Notes under the pieces: generated by a model
Databases searched by the model: none
What the model was told of the DNA's origin: nothing
The model's input: only the letters and a program-made list of their open reading frames with translations
Position numbers and translations under genes: made by a program
Source of the DNA: Actinomycetota bacterium
Lineage (GTDB): Bacteria; Actinomycetota; Acidimicrobiia; Acidimicrobiales; Ilumatobacteraceae
NCBI GenBank assembly: GCA_046091825.1
Contig: JBJTCK010000105.1
Coordinates: forward strand, 4,251 to 68,250
Reading direction: 5' to 3'
DNA: 64,000 nucleotides
Part shown: piece after piece, positions 9,260 to 18,496 of the stretch
Position numbering within the stretch: position 1 is the first letter of the stretch
Layout of the letters: every line of letters begins with the position of its first letter

Positions 9260-10015
9260 TTACGACCTGCGGGCACGGGAGACGTGCATCGCAAGGACGG
9301 ACGCGGCCATGGCGACGTTCAGGCTCTCGCTGCGGCCCGCGTGCGGGATGGTCACCCACCCGTCGACAGGCGCGTCGGCCGGGAGACCGTGCGCCTCGTT
9401 CCCGAGGACGACGGCGAGAGGGCCGGAGAAGTCGGCGGCCCACATGTCTTCGGCATCCCCGTGGGATGTGGTGCCGACCAGCCGCACACCGAGCCCGGCG
9501 ATGTCCTCCAGCCCGGACGCGGCACGCACCGGCACGTGGAAGACCGAACCGGCAGACGCCCTGACCGTCTTCGGCGACCACACGTCGACCGCATCTCCCG
9601 AGACGAACACCCCGTCCGCCCCGGCCGCCTCGGCGGAGCGCACGATCGTGCCCATGTTCCCCGGGTCCGAGACCTCGTGTGCCACGACGAACCACGTGCC
9701 GGCGTGGACGGCGGGCGCCCCGTGGAGAGGGATTGCGCACACGGCGAGCACCCCCTGGGGCGAGACCGTGTCGTTCACGGAGTCGAAGGTGCGCGCGTCG
9801 AGCGAGAACGGGACGGTGCGCACCGAGGCGGGCTGCTCCTCCCCCTCGCGGACGTACACCTCGCGGATGTCGACACCCGCCGCGGCGGCCTCCTCGACGA
9901 GGGTGCGGCCCTGCACCACGAACAAACCTGCCTCGGAACGCGCACTGCGGCGCCCGATAAGGCGCCGCAGTGTCTGAACCCGGGGGTTCGACGATGAGAG
10001 GTTGTTCGGCCTCAG
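9260..10015 (-). CDS. TrmH/SpoU-family RNA 2'-O-methyltransferase (TsnR/RlmB-like)
   Basis: The track ORF 9260..9925 starts at TTG, but the family's conserved N-terminus ([30 protein letters not shown]) continues in frame upstream. The only plausible start is CTG 10013-10015, overlapping the rplT stop. SpoU motifs are present: [27 protein letters not shown]. Confidence 0.8.
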   Translation of the reverse strand: MRPNNLSSSNPRVQTLRRLIGRRSARSEAGLFVVQGRTLVEEAAAAGVDIREVYVREGEEQPASVRTVPFSLDARTFDSVNDTVSPQGVLAVCAIPLHGAPAVHAGTWFVVAHEVSDPGNMGTIVRSAEAAGADGVFVSGDAVDVWSPKTVRASAGSVFHVPVRAASGLEDIAGLGVRLVGTTSHGDAEDMWAADFSGPLAVVLGNEAHGLPADAPVDGWVTIPHAGRSESLNVAMAASVLAMHVSRARRS

Positions 10016-10368
10016 GCCAGTGCAGCCTTCGCGGACGCGACCAGCGAGCTGAACGCCTCTGCGTCGTGGACGGCGAGATCGGCGAGGATCTTGCGGTCCA
10101 CCTCGATCCCGGCGGCGTTCAGTCCCGCGATGAAGCGGCTGTAGCTGATGTCGTTCAGGCGGCAGGCCGCGTTGATGCGCTGGATCCAGAGACGGCGGAA
10201 CTCGCCCTTCTTCGCCCGGCGGTCGCGGAACGCGTACTGACCGGAGTGCAGGACCTGCTCGTTGGCGGCGCGGAACGAACGGCTCTTGTTGCCGTAGTAC
10301 CCCTTTGCCTGCTCGAGAACTGCGCGGTGCTTCTTGCGGGCGTGTACTGCCCTCTTGACTCGTGCCAT
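10012..10368 (-). CDS. rplT: 50S ribosomal protein L20
   Basis: 118 aa, [39 protein letters not shown].. Confidence 0.97.
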   Translation of the reverse strand: MARVKRAVHARKKHRAVLEQAKGYYGNKSRSFRAANEQVLHSGQYAFRDRRAKKGEFRRLWIQRINAACRLNDISYSRFIAGLNAAGIEVDRKILADLAVHDAEAFSSLVASAKAALA

Positions 10369-10395
10369 GACTGTGTCCTTTCCTGTGCGTCCCGG

Positions 10396-10593
10396 TCAGC
10401 GCTCGCCGAGCAGGCGCTTGATCTTCTTCTCGTCGGTCGAGTGCACGTCACGGTCGCCGGCGAGGCGGCGGGTGCGGGTGCTCGACTTCTTCTCGAACAG
10501 GTGCTGGCGGTTGGCCTGCTGGCGGCGAAGCTTGCCTGTTCCTGTCTTCTTGAACCGCTTTGCGGCGGTCTTGCTGGTCTTCATCTTGGGCAT
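10396..10593 (-). CDS. rpmI: 50S ribosomal protein L35
   Basis: Trimmed from ORF 10396..11916 to ATG 10591-10593. 65 aa, MPKMKTSKTAAKRFKKTGTGKLRRQQANRQHLFEKK.. Confidence 0.95.
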   Translation of the reverse strand: MPKMKTSKTAAKRFKKTGTGKLRRQQANRQHLFEKKSSTRTRRLAGDRDVHSTDEKKIKRLLGER

Positions 10594-10604
10594 CTCGTGG
10601 TCCT

Positions 10605-11246
10605 TTACTGCTCGTCGGCAACCGTTGCGGGCGCTTCCGCCCCACCGTCTGCCTGTCCTGACGATCTGTCTTCCTTGTCCGTGTTGTCTTCCCTGGCGTC
10701 TCTGTCCTGCGGCTTCTTCGCGGGGGGCTTCTTGTCCGGTGCGAGCACCATGGTCATGTTTCGCCCCTCGAGGCGGGCCTGCGTCTCCACCTTGGCGAAG
10801 GAACCGAGCTGCTCGAGGACCGCATCGAGGATCCGCGACCCCAGTTCCGGGTGCGCCATCTCGCGCCCACGGAACTGCAGCGTGACCTTGACCTTGTGGC
10901 CGTCCGACAGGAAGTCGTGCATGTGACGCACCTTCGTGTCGAAGTCGCCCTTGCCGATCTTGGGGCGGAATTTCACCTCTTTGATCGTGACATGGCTGGT
11001 CTTCTTGCGCGATTCCTTCGCCTTCTGCGCCTCCTCGTACCGGAACTTCCCGTAGTCCATGATGCGGCACACCGGCGGGTTCGCCAGCGGTGCCACCTCC
11101 ACGAGATCGAGATCGAGTTCGCGTGCCAGCGTCAGTGCATCTGCTGTGCTGCGGATGCCGACCTGGCTCCCGTCCGGTCCGATGAGTCGCACCTCGCGCG
11201 CACGGATGCGCTCGTTGTAGCGAGGTTCGTTCTGCGGCGTAGCTAT
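10605..11246 (-). CDS. infC: translation initiation factor IF-3 (probable AUA start)
   Basis: The track starts at GTG 11192, but conserved IF-3 sequence (NERIRAREVRLIGPDG) lies upstream in frame. The frame opens after TAA 11253-11255, and the only candidate is ATA 11244-11246, preceded by AGGAG 9 nt upstream. IF-3 genes classically use a non-canonical start. Confidence 0.85.
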   Translation of the reverse strand: MATPQNEPRYNERIRAREVRLIGPDGSQVGIRSTADALTLARELDLDLVEVAPLANPPVCRIMDYGKFRYEEAQKAKESRKKTSHVTIKEVKFRPKIGKGDFDTKVRHMHDFLSDGHKVKVTLQFRGREMAHPELGSRILDAVLEQLGSFAKVETQARLEGRNMTMVLAPDKKPPAKKPQDRDAREDNTDKEDRSSGQADGGAEAPATVADEQ

Positions 11247-11469
11247 GACCTTTTACTCCTGTGCAACGGGCCGTGCCCTCCTCTGTGTGGACCGCCGGGG
11301 CGGTGTGTGCGTGCACACGCACAAAGCAGACAGAGAGCGCCAGAGTCCCTCGCATTCTCGACCCAGCGCACTCCCCCGTTACCGGTCTCCCGGTCGGCCC
11401 TGCGGGTGGCTGGGTGGGGACCCGGAGGCCCCACTTCGCATGTATGACAGGCAGGTAGGGTACCGCCCG

Positions 11470-11805
11470 ATGACGCAGGACCACACGATGCACGATGAAT
11501 TCGGCCCTGACGGGCTCGATCCGGCCGACCTTGAGGAAGCCCTCGCCGAGACCCGGGGGCGCCTGGCGGGCGTCCCCGCCGAAGTCGTGGTGTCGAACCA
11601 TGCAATGGGTCTCTACGAGCTCGCGGCCATCCACCTCACTGCCGAGCCCCCGCGCCTCTCGGACGCAGCTCTCGCGATCGACGCCGTGTCCTGCCTGGTC
11701 GACGGGCTGGGGAGCCGTCTCGGGGAAAGCCACGAGACCCTGGCAACGGCCCTTGCGACCCTGAGAATGGCCTACGTGGAGAGGGCCAAGGCGCCCCGCG
11801 GCTGA
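11470..11805 (+). CDS. DUF1844-like small protein
   Basis: Trimmed from ORF 11245..11805 to ATG 11470. 111 aa with VVVSNHAMGLYELAAIHL, typical of the DUF1844 family often found divergent from infC in Actinomycetota. TAGGGT (11456-11461) lies 8 nt upstream. Confidence 0.65.
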   Translation: MTQDHTMHDEFGPDGLDPADLEEALAETRGRLAGVPAEVVVSNHAMGLYELAAIHLTAEPPRLSDAALAIDAVSCLVDGLGSRLGESHETLATALATLRMAYVERAKAPRG

Positions 11806-11815
11806 CCCGCGGCCC

Positions 11816-12016
11816 TCAGAGCCGAACGATGGATGTGGCCTCGGTGCGGGCCACCCTGAAGCCGGTCTCGAAGCTGACGCGCGTGCCGGTCTCGACGTGC
11901 CTGGAGCCGTCAGCAATCGATACGCAGTGGAACGGGTAGGCCGCGCCCCCGTCGGCCGTGACCGTGCCGAGACCGGATGCCTCGTCGAACTCCGTGACAG
12001 TGCCCATCATCGTCAT
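11816..12016 (-). CDS. cold-shock-domain-like small protein
   Basis: 66 aa. GTVTEFDEASGLGTVTADGGAAYPFHCVSIADGSRHVETGTRVSF shows a CSD/OB-fold pattern. Confidence 0.6.
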   Translation of the reverse strand: MTMMGTVTEFDEASGLGTVTADGGAAYPFHCVSIADGSRHVETGTRVSFETGFRVARTEATSIVRL

Positions 12017-12024
12017 GGGCGGCC

Positions 12025-12897
12025 TCAGTGGACGATCTTGGAGATGGGGATCTCGAGGAGGTCCGAGGCACCCGCGTCGATGAGTGCCGGGATGAGCGTG
12101 TTGATCCCGGCCTTCGCGACGACCGACTCGACGGCGAAATCGCCGGAGGCGAGCTGGGCGACCGTCGGCGACTTCGCGCTCGGCAGCAGGCCGAGCACGG
12201 CGTCCATCCTCTCCCTGGCCACGTTCAGCTTGAGGAGCACCTTGTCGCGCGCCTCGAGGGTGCCGTTCAGGAGTGTGAGCACCTGCTCCATCGCATGCCG
12301 CTTGGCTGGGTCCTCCCAGGCCGCCCGGTTCGCGATCAGCTCGGTGTAACTGGTGAGCATCGTGTCGATGATGCGCAGGCCGGCGGCGCGCAGAGCGCGC
12401 CCGGTCTCCGTGATGTCGACGACGCAGTCGGCGATGTCGGGGATCTTCGCCTCGCTCGCGCCGTAGCTGAGACGGATGTCAGCCTTCACGCCGCGCTCGG
12501 CGAAGTAACGACGGGTCATCTCCGGGTACTCGGTCGTCACCCTCACGCCGTCACCGAGATCGGCGACCGACTGGGCCGACGAGTCAGCGGCCACTGCCAC
12601 AATCACGCGCACGGGCATGGACGTGGCCTTCGAGTAGCGCAGCTCGCCCAGGCTGACCACGTCGCTCGACGTCTCCTCCACCCAGTCGCGGCCGGTGATG
12701 CCGATGTCGAACAGCCCCTCCGCGACGTACACGGGAATCTCCTGCGGGCGCAGGATGCGGACATCGTCGATCCGCGGGTCGTCAATGGTCGCCTTGTAGT
12801 CGACCGCGGACGAGCGCGTCACCGTGAGGTCAGCTGCCTCAAAGAGGTCGAACGTGGCCTTCTCCAGCGAGCCCTTGGGGAGGACGAGTTTCAGCAC
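12025..12897 (-). CDS. hisG: ATP phosphoribosyltransferase (long form)
   Basis: 290 aa, GTG start, LKLVLPKGSLEKATFDLFEAA..ILRPQEIPVYVAEGLFDIGITGRDW, plus a C-terminal regulatory domain. Confidence 0.92.
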   Translation of the reverse strand: MLKLVLPKGSLEKATFDLFEAADLTVTRSSAVDYKATIDDPRIDDVRILRPQEIPVYVAEGLFDIGITGRDWVEETSSDVVSLGELRYSKATSMPVRVIVAVAADSSAQSVADLGDGVRVTTEYPEMTRRYFAERGVKADIRLSYGASEAKIPDIADCVVDITETGRALRAAGLRIIDTMLTSYTELIANRAAWEDPAKRHAMEQVLTLLNGTLEARDKVLLKLNVARERMDAVLGLLPSAKSPTVAQLASGDFAVESVVAKAGINTLIPALIDAGASDLLEIPISKIVH

Positions 12898-12920
12898 CGC
12901 GTCAGGCTAGCGAGCAACGC

Positions 12921-13020
12921 TCAGTGCTCGGTGGGGGATTTGGCTGAGCACCATCAGTGCTCAGTGGGGACTCGGCTGAGCACCATCAGTGCTCGGTGGG
13001 GGTCTGGCTGATCAACGCCA
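12921..13020. repeat. three tandem copies (33/32/33+ nt) of the mogA 3' end, each junction forming a hairpin
   Basis: TCAGTGCTCGGTGGGGGATTTGGCTGAGCACCA (12921-12953), TCAGTGCTCAGTGGGGACTCGGCTGAGCACCA (12954-12985) and TCAGTGCTCGGTGGGGGTCTGGCTGATCAACGCCA (12986-13020, the true mogA end). The inverted repeat GCTGAGCAC-CATCA-GTGCTCAG spans the copy junctions. Confidence 0.9.
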
Positions 13021-13474
13021 CCGCATGCGGGAGAACGTCCAGCACTGCCCCCAGTTGCTCCACGCAGCCCTTCGGCGAGCCCGGTGTGTTCATGATGATG
13101 CACTCCCCCCGCACGCCTGCCACACCGCGCGACAGCCTCCCGAGCGGGTTCACCGCCCTCATCGCCTCGGCGAGACCGGGCGCCTCTCGTTCGATGACGG
13201 CACGCGTTCCCTCCGGCGTCTCGTCACGCGGGGCGAACCCCGTGCCGCCGGTGGTCACGATGACGCCGGCGAAGCCGCCGGACATCCTCCGCAGCTCGGC
13301 AGCCACCGTCGACGACCCGTCGGCACACACCGCAGTCTCCACGACTCTCGCGCCCGAGGACTCGAGCAACGCCACGAGAGCCGCACCTGACGTGTCCGTG
13401 CGTGTCCCCGCCACGACGCCGTCACTCACGGTGAGGACCTTTGCCTCCATCGACGGCCCGGACTCGTTCGGCAT
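12986..13474 (-). CDS. mog: MogA/MoaB-family molybdopterin adenylyltransferase
   Basis: [47 protein letters not shown]. The start is uncertain: GTG 13492, ATG 13474 or ATG 13450. Confidence 0.85.
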   Translation of the reverse strand: MPNESGPSMEAKVLTVSDGVVAGTRTDTSGAALVALLESSGARVVETAVCADGSSTVAAELRRMSGGFAGVIVTTGGTGFAPRDETPEGTRAVIEREAPGLAEAMRAVNPLGRLSRGVAGVRGECIIMNTPGSPKGCVEQLGAVLDVLPHAVALISQTPTEH

Positions 13475-13484
13475 GCCGGTCAAC

Positions 13485-14366
13485 CTACCCACCGAGCACG
13501 CACGGCAGCTCGAGGTTGGCGCCGCGCAGCCAGTCCGACGCGCTCATCGCGGAGCGCGCCTCTGGCTGGACGGTGACGAGACGGATGCAACCGTCCCCCG
13601 TCCCGACGACTGCGCCGTCGGTCATCACGCCGGCCGCATTGGCCCCCTCGGTGCGTTCCGCAACGAGCACGCGCAGACGCCGCCCTGCAACAGTGGTGTG
13701 TGCGTTCACGGCGCGGACACGGCGGAGGGTGACACCGGCCGCCTCCCGCCAGTCGATCACGAGGTCTGCTGGCTCGATCTTGCGCGCGTGCGTGTGCCCC
13801 CCGCCCTGGGGCACCGCGACAGGGTGCGCGCCGGCGAGCACCTCGCACATGAGCGCGCCGCCCGTGACCGCCAGTTCGTGGGTGAGGGACGCAGTGGTCG
13901 ACCCGTCGGTGATCTCCGTGCGGCGTGAGGCCCTCACCGGGCCGGTGTCGAGTCCTTCCTCCATCTCCATGATGCAGACGCCCGTCTCGGTGTCCCCGGC
14001 GAGGATCGCGCGCTCCACCGGTCCCGCACCGCGCCACCTGGGCAGCAACGAGAAATGCACGTTCAGCATCGGCACCCTGCGCAGGACGGCACCCGGGATG
14101 ATCCGCCCGTAGGCGACCACGACCCCCGTGCAGCCTTCCGGCAGGTCAGCTTCCATGAGGTCCTCGAGGCTGTCGGTGACCGGCAGGCCCAGTTCCGTTG
14201 CCCGTTGCTTGACGGGGCTCGGCGATGTCCTTCCTCCGCGGCCGCGCCGCGCATCGGCACGCGTGACGACGAGCGCCACCTGGTGGCCAGCACCCACGAC
14301 AGCGTCGAGGACTGTGACCGCGGCGGCTGGCGTGCCGAGGAAGACGACTGGCACCGGCGGCGTCAC
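13485..14366 (-). CDS. fmt: methionyl-tRNA formyltransferase
   Basis: 293 aa with [31 protein letters not shown] and [16 protein letters not shown]. Confidence 0.93.
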   Translation of the reverse strand: MTPPVPVVFLGTPAAAVTVLDAVVGAGHQVALVVTRADARRGRGGRTSPSPVKQRATELGLPVTDSLEDLMEADLPEGCTGVVVAYGRIIPGAVLRRVPMLNVHFSLLPRWRGAGPVERAILAGDTETGVCIMEMEEGLDTGPVRASRRTEITDGSTTASLTHELAVTGGALMCEVLAGAHPVAVPQGGGHTHARKIEPADLVIDWREAAGVTLRRVRAVNAHTTVAGRRLRVLVAERTEGANAAGVMTDGAVVGTGDGCIRLVTVQPEARSAMSASDWLRGANLELPCVLGG

Positions 14367-14370
14367 TGGC

Positions 14371-14895
14371 CTACTGCAACCCGATGTGGCGCGTCTCCCC
14401 GCGCGGGAGCTCCCCGTCGGAGAGCTTGCGGTACTCGACGAGAGCCTGCTTGCGCTGGTCGTCCGTCATGCGGTCGAACATGAGGACCCCGTTCAGGTGG
14501 TCCAACTCGTGCTGGAACAGCCTCGCGAGGAGCTCATCGGCCTCGATCCGGATCTCGTTCCCGTCGAGACCGACCGCTTCGAGCAGCACCTGCTTGGGCC
14601 TGAGCATCTCGACGTACAGCCCGGGGATCGAGAGGCAGCCTTCGTCGTACACCCACTCCCCCGACGACTCGACGATTCGCGGGTTGATGAGCGTGATCGG
14701 TTCATCGTCGATGTCGTATACGAAGATCTTCTTCTGCACGCCGATCTGGGGTGCGGCGAGCCCGAGGCCAGGCGCCTTGTACATCGCCTGGAGCATCGCC
14801 TGGGACAGGCGCACGAGCTTACCGTCGATGTTCTCCACGTCGTCCGCGACCGCGGCGAGCACGGGATCACCGTATGTCCGGATGTCATAACCCAC
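14371..14895 (-). CDS. def: peptide deformylase
   Basis: 174 aa with the three PDF motifs GLGLAAPQIG, EGCLSIPG and QHELDHLNG. GTG start, with TAGCCT 7 nt upstream. Confidence 0.96.
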   Translation of the reverse strand: MGYDIRTYGDPVLAAVADDVENIDGKLVRLSQAMLQAMYKAPGLGLAAPQIGVQKKIFVYDIDDEPITLINPRIVESSGEWVYDEGCLSIPGLYVEMLRPKQVLLEAVGLDGNEIRIEADELLARLFQHELDHLNGVLMFDRMTDDQRKQALVEYRKLSDGELPRGETRHIGLQ

Positions 14896-14920
14896 GTCCC
14901 CGAGGCTACCGACCTAGGGT

Positions 14921-15562
14921 GTGGCCGTGGGCGGCACTGACCAGACGGGTTCGCACTACTTCGACGCGGAGCCCGCTGTTGCGTCGCGGCCGCTCTCCTA
15001 CGTGTTCCACGGGGCCGCCGGCGACATCACGGTGGAGTCGGACGCGGGAGTCTTCAGCCACGGTTCTCTCGACAAGGCGACGGCTCTTCTGGTGGACCGC
15101 ATCAACGACCTCGACCCCAGGGTGTTCGCGGGCCCGGGCGACATACTCGACCTCGGGTGCGGTGCGGGCCCGGTGGCACTCGCGCTCGCAGCCCGCTTCC
15201 CGGGCCGCACCGTGTGGGCCGTCGACACGAACACCCGCGCTGTCGAGCTGTGCGCCGCGAACGCCGCCGCCAATTCGCTCCCGAACGTCATCGCCTGCCT
15301 GCCCGGGGACTGCCCCGAGGGCACGGTGTTCTCCCTCGTGTGCTCCAACCCGCCGGTGCGCATCGGGAAGGATGCCCTCCACTCCTTGCTGCTGCACTGG
15401 CTCTCGCGGCTCGCGCCGGGCGGCCGTGCGTTGCTCGTGGTCGGGCGGCACCTCGGGTCCGACTCGCTGCACAAGTGGCTCGTCGAACGGGGCATGCCGA
15501 CGAGCCGGCTCTCGAGTGCGAAGGGTTTCCGGGTGCTGGAGGTCAGACCCGAGGGGGGTTGA
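14921..15562 (+). CDS. class I SAM-dependent methyltransferase (RsmC/RlmG-like small MTase domain)
   Basis: 213 aa with ILDLGCGAGPVALALA (motif I) and CSNPPVRIG (NPP motif). The start could be the second GTG at 14927. The 3' end overlaps the convergent priA 3' end by 20 nt. Confidence 0.8.
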   Translation: MAVGGTDQTGSHYFDAEPAVASRPLSYVFHGAAGDITVESDAGVFSHGSLDKATALLVDRINDLDPRVFAGPGDILDLGCGAGPVALALAARFPGRTVWAVDTNTRAVELCAANAAANSLPNVIACLPGDCPEGTVFSLVCSNPPVRIGKDALHSLLLHWLSRLAPGGRALLVVGRHLGSDSLHKWLVERGMPTSRLSSAKGFRVLEVRPEGG

Positions 15563-17273
15563 CGGCCACGCGGACCCTCCCCTCCGCCGACGACCTCACG
15601 TCGCTGACGAACGCGAGGAGCGCGTCGTGATCGGCGGAACGGGCGAGGATCCCGCCCTCCGTGGCCGTCCACTGCACTGCCGCGTGCCCGGTGATGGCCG
15701 GCGCCACCGTGCCCTCCGGGAGGGCGATGACCGCCACCGACACGAACGGCGCGAGCCCGAGCGAACGGGCAGTGCCGGTGTCCGACCTCCGCCACTCATC
15801 GGTCGTGCCGGAGGCCAGGGCCACGAGCAACGGGTGCCCGGGCTGGCGCGTCTGGATGATGATCCGGCCCGACTGGCCGACGATGCGTGCCGCTCTCGCG
15901 ACCGAGGCGAGCACCTCGCGCCCGCTCGTCATGCGCGGCGCAGACAGGTCCCTGTCCACGTCGAGGAACACGACTGATCCCGCGGACGACACCCGGTGAA
16001 GGAGGGCCTCCGTCCCCACGTAGACCTGGGCCTCGCCGCCAGTGTCGGGGGTGGACGCGGTCACCTCCCGCACGGGGAGCCGCGAGTTGGCGGCCAGCTC
16101 GTCGCGCAGCCGTGACGTGCCGGTGCGGACGGTCGCCATCTTGGTGCGGCCGCAGTCGCTGCAGGCCGACACCCGGGAGTGAGCGCACGAGGGGCACACG
16201 AGGAAGTCGCCGTCAAGGCTCTCCGCCGCGGAGCAGGAAGGACACGTCTGGAGGGCCCGGCACGACGCGCACACGAGCATCCGCGCAGCACCCTTCGTGT
16301 TGAGCACGCACAAGGTGGAGCGCGCCGACTCCCTGACGGCCTCCAGCAAGGGGCCCGACAACAGCGACGAGCCGACCGGCACGTCACCGAGGTCGACGAT
16401 CTCGATGGCCGGCCAACCGGAGCCGGCGGCGACCCTCACGGGCTCGCCGTGCAGCATCACCGCGCGCGCCGAAGGGCAGGGCGACACGAGGACCACGGGG
16501 ACCCCGGCCGCACGTCCGCGCTCCAGTGCCACTTCCGGCGCCCACCACGTGGGCACCCGTTCCTCGTGGAACGACTCCTCGTGCTCGTCGATCACCACGA
16601 TCGAGGTGAGCCCGGCACAGCCGGCGAGCACTGCGGACCGCGCACCGATGACCACGTCGACGCCGGCGAGCGCGGCATCCACCTGCCCGGGGAGTTCCGC
16701 GGTCGTGAGCCCACGGCGACGTAGGGAGGCCGCACCGAGCCTGGCCATCCGCATCGTGGGACACACGACGAGGACGGTGCCAGCGGCCGCGGCCGCATGC
16801 ACCACCGACAGTGCCGACACGAGCGGCGGCACCTCGAGGACGCCACCGGACGCAGGCAGTGCCCGGAAGGCACTTGCCGCCTCGTCGTCGAAGGCGGCCG
16901 CGGTGCCGTGACGGGCACGGACGGGGCGGGAGCGCTTGCGCTCGGGAGTGGCGGACCGCAGGACGTTGCGCAGCGGACCCGACCAACGGCGGGCCACCCA
17001 TGAGCACAGTTCCACGGCTTCAGCCGCGACACCGAGCGCGGCGACATCAAGGAGTGCCGAGAGACGGTCGACTGGCACCTCGTCGAACCCCGGCGAGCCG
17101 TGCGGGCCGGTGGCGACGATCCAACCGTCGACACGCCGTCCGTTCAGTTCCATCCGCACGACAGACCCGGGCCTGGCTGCGGGGACGAGCGCGGACGGCA
17201 CGAGATAGTCGAACGTGCGGTCGATCCCGGTGACGTCCGGGACGACCCTCGCGACGAGTGCCGTGTCTGTCAG
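15543..17273 (-). CDS. priA: primosomal protein N' (PriA), probable CTG start
   Basis: The track ORF starts at GTG 17201, but the conserved PriA N-terminus ([25 protein letters not shown]) is in frame upstream, with no ATG/GTG/TTG back to the stop at 17397-17399. CTG 17271-17273 overlaps the metK stop. A Cys-rich zinc region ([26 protein letters not shown]) and DEHE are present. Confidence 0.85.
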   Translation of the reverse strand: MTDTALVARVVPDVTGIDRTFDYLVPSALVPAARPGSVVRMELNGRRVDGWIVATGPHGSPGFDEVPVDRLSALLDVAALGVAAEAVELCSWVARRWSGPLRNVLRSATPERKRSRPVRARHGTAAAFDDEAASAFRALPASGGVLEVPPLVSALSVVHAAAAAGTVLVVCPTMRMARLGAASLRRRGLTTAELPGQVDAALAGVDVVIGARSAVLAGCAGLTSIVVIDEHEESFHEERVPTWWAPEVALERGRAAGVPVVLVSPCPSARAVMLHGEPVRVAAGSGWPAIEIVDLGDVPVGSSLLSGPLLEAVRESARSTLCVLNTKGAARMLVCASCRALQTCPSCSAAESLDGDFLVCPSCAHSRVSACSDCGRTKMATVRTGTSRLRDELAANSRLPVREVTASTPDTGGEAQVYVGTEALLHRVSSAGSVVFLDVDRDLSAPRMTSGREVLASVARAARIVGQSGRIIIQTRQPGHPLLVALASGTTDEWRRSDTGTARSLGLAPFVSVAVIALPEGTVAPAITGHAAVQWTATEGGILARSADHDALLAFVSDVRSSAEGRVRVAVNPPRV

Positions 17274-18463
17274 AGCTTCACAGCCGACTTGAAGTCGGCC
17301 AGGCGGGAGAGCTTCTCCCAGGTGAACTCGGGCTCGTTGCGGCCAAAGTGGCCGTAGGCAGCCGTCTTCTTGTAGATGTTGCGCTTGAGGTCGAGGTCAC
17401 GGACGATTGCCGCGGGGCGCAGGTCGAACACCCGGCTCACTGCGTCCTCGATCGACTCCTCGCTCACGTTGTTCGTGCCGAAGGTCTCCACCAGGATGCT
17501 CACCGGGTGCGCGACGCCGATGGCGTAGGCAACCTGCACCTCGCACCGCGAGGCGGCACCCGAGGCGACCACGTGCTTGGCGACCCAGCGCGCCGCGTAG
17601 GCGGCCGAACGGTCCACCTTCGAGGGGTCCTTGCCGGAGAACGCGCCGCCTCCGTGGCGGCCCATGCCGCCGTAGGTGTCCACGATGATCTTGCGGCCGG
17701 TGAGGCCGGTGTCCGCGTGGGGGCCGCCGAGCACGAACTTGCCGGGGGGGTTCACGAAGATGGACGGGTTGTCCCCGGCGAACTGCGCGGGGATCGTGGG
17801 CATGATGACGCTCTCGATGAGGTCCGGCCGGATCGTGGTGTCCCTGTCGACTCCGTCGGCGTGCTGCGTGGAGATGAGCACCGTGCGCAGCGAGACGGGG
17901 CGACCGTCCTCGTAGTCGAAGGTGACCTGGGTCTTGCCGTCGGGCCGCAGGTACGGCACGAGACCGCTCTTGCGCACCTCGGTGAGGCGCTCAGCCAGAC
18001 GGTGGGCCAGCCAGATCGGGAGCGGCATGAGGTCGGGCGTCTCGTCGCAGGCGTACCCGAACATCATCCCCTGGTCGCCCGCGCCCTGGCTGTTCAGGAT
18101 GTCCTCGCCGCTCTTGCCCGCGCGGATCTCCTCCGAGACGTCCACTCCCTGGGCGATGTCGGCACTCTGCGCGTCGAGGGCGACCATGACGCCGCAGGTG
18201 TTGCCATCGAAGCCGAATGCGGCGTTGTCATAGCCGATGCCGTTGATCGTGTCGCGGGCGATCGCCGGGATGTCCACGTACGCATCGGTGGTGATCTCGC
18301 CGGACACGACGCACAGACCGGTGGTCAGGAGGGTCTCGCACGCGACACGGGCATGCGGGTCCTTCTCGAGGATGGCATCAAGGACCGAGTCGGAGACCTG
18401 GTCGGCCATCTTGTCGGGGTGACCCTCGGTCACGCTTTCTGACGTGAAAGTGAACTTTCTCAC
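17270..18463 (-). CDS. metK: S-adenosylmethionine synthetase
   Basis: 397 aa with [20 protein letters not shown] and [12 protein letters not shown]. Confidence 0.97.
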   Translation of the reverse strand: MRKFTFTSESVTEGHPDKMADQVSDSVLDAILEKDPHARVACETLLTTGLCVVSGEITTDAYVDIPAIARDTINGIGYDNAAFGFDGNTCGVMVALDAQSADIAQGVDVSEEIRAGKSGEDILNSQGAGDQGMMFGYACDETPDLMPLPIWLAHRLAERLTEVRKSGLVPYLRPDGKTQVTFDYEDGRPVSLRTVLISTQHADGVDRDTTIRPDLIESVIMPTIPAQFAGDNPSIFVNPPGKFVLGGPHADTGLTGRKIIVDTYGGMGRHGGGAFSGKDPSKVDRSAAYAARWVAKHVVASGAASRCEVQVAYAIGVAHPVSILVETFGTNNVSEESIEDAVSRVFDLRPAAIVRDLDLKRNIYKKTAAYGHFGRNEPEFTWEKLSRLADFKSAVKL

Positions 18464-18496
18464 TGGAACTCCTGCCGTGTCGGGGTGCGCAGGGCC

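Noticed and set aside
9976-9989. GAAC-CCGGGG-GTTC palindrome as a second LexA box
   Set aside because: The spacer is 6 nt rather than 4, and it lies inside the TrmH-family coding region.
11296-11325. GTGTGCG-TGCACA-CGCACA hairpin in the infC leader as a regulatory RNA element
   Set aside because: It is a short imperfect stem with no U-tract and no recognisable motif. I cannot distinguish it from chance in GC-rich DNA.
12921-13020. CRISPR array (also considered for 60751..60830)
   Set aside because: The repeats are directly adjacent with no spacers, the units are 33 nt and 8 nt, and no cas genes are present.
15543-15562. 20-nt overlap of the convergent 3' ends of the methyltransferase and priA (and a 10-nt overlap of the LLM gene with the ArsC fragment)
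   Set aside because: Short convergent overlaps are common in compact genomes. No additional structure was seen.
18464-18496. SAM riboswitch upstream of metK; T-box leaders upstream of alaS, aspS, hisS and pheS
   Set aside because: The upstream gaps are only 4-45 nt, far too short for either RNA element. These genes are internal to operons.
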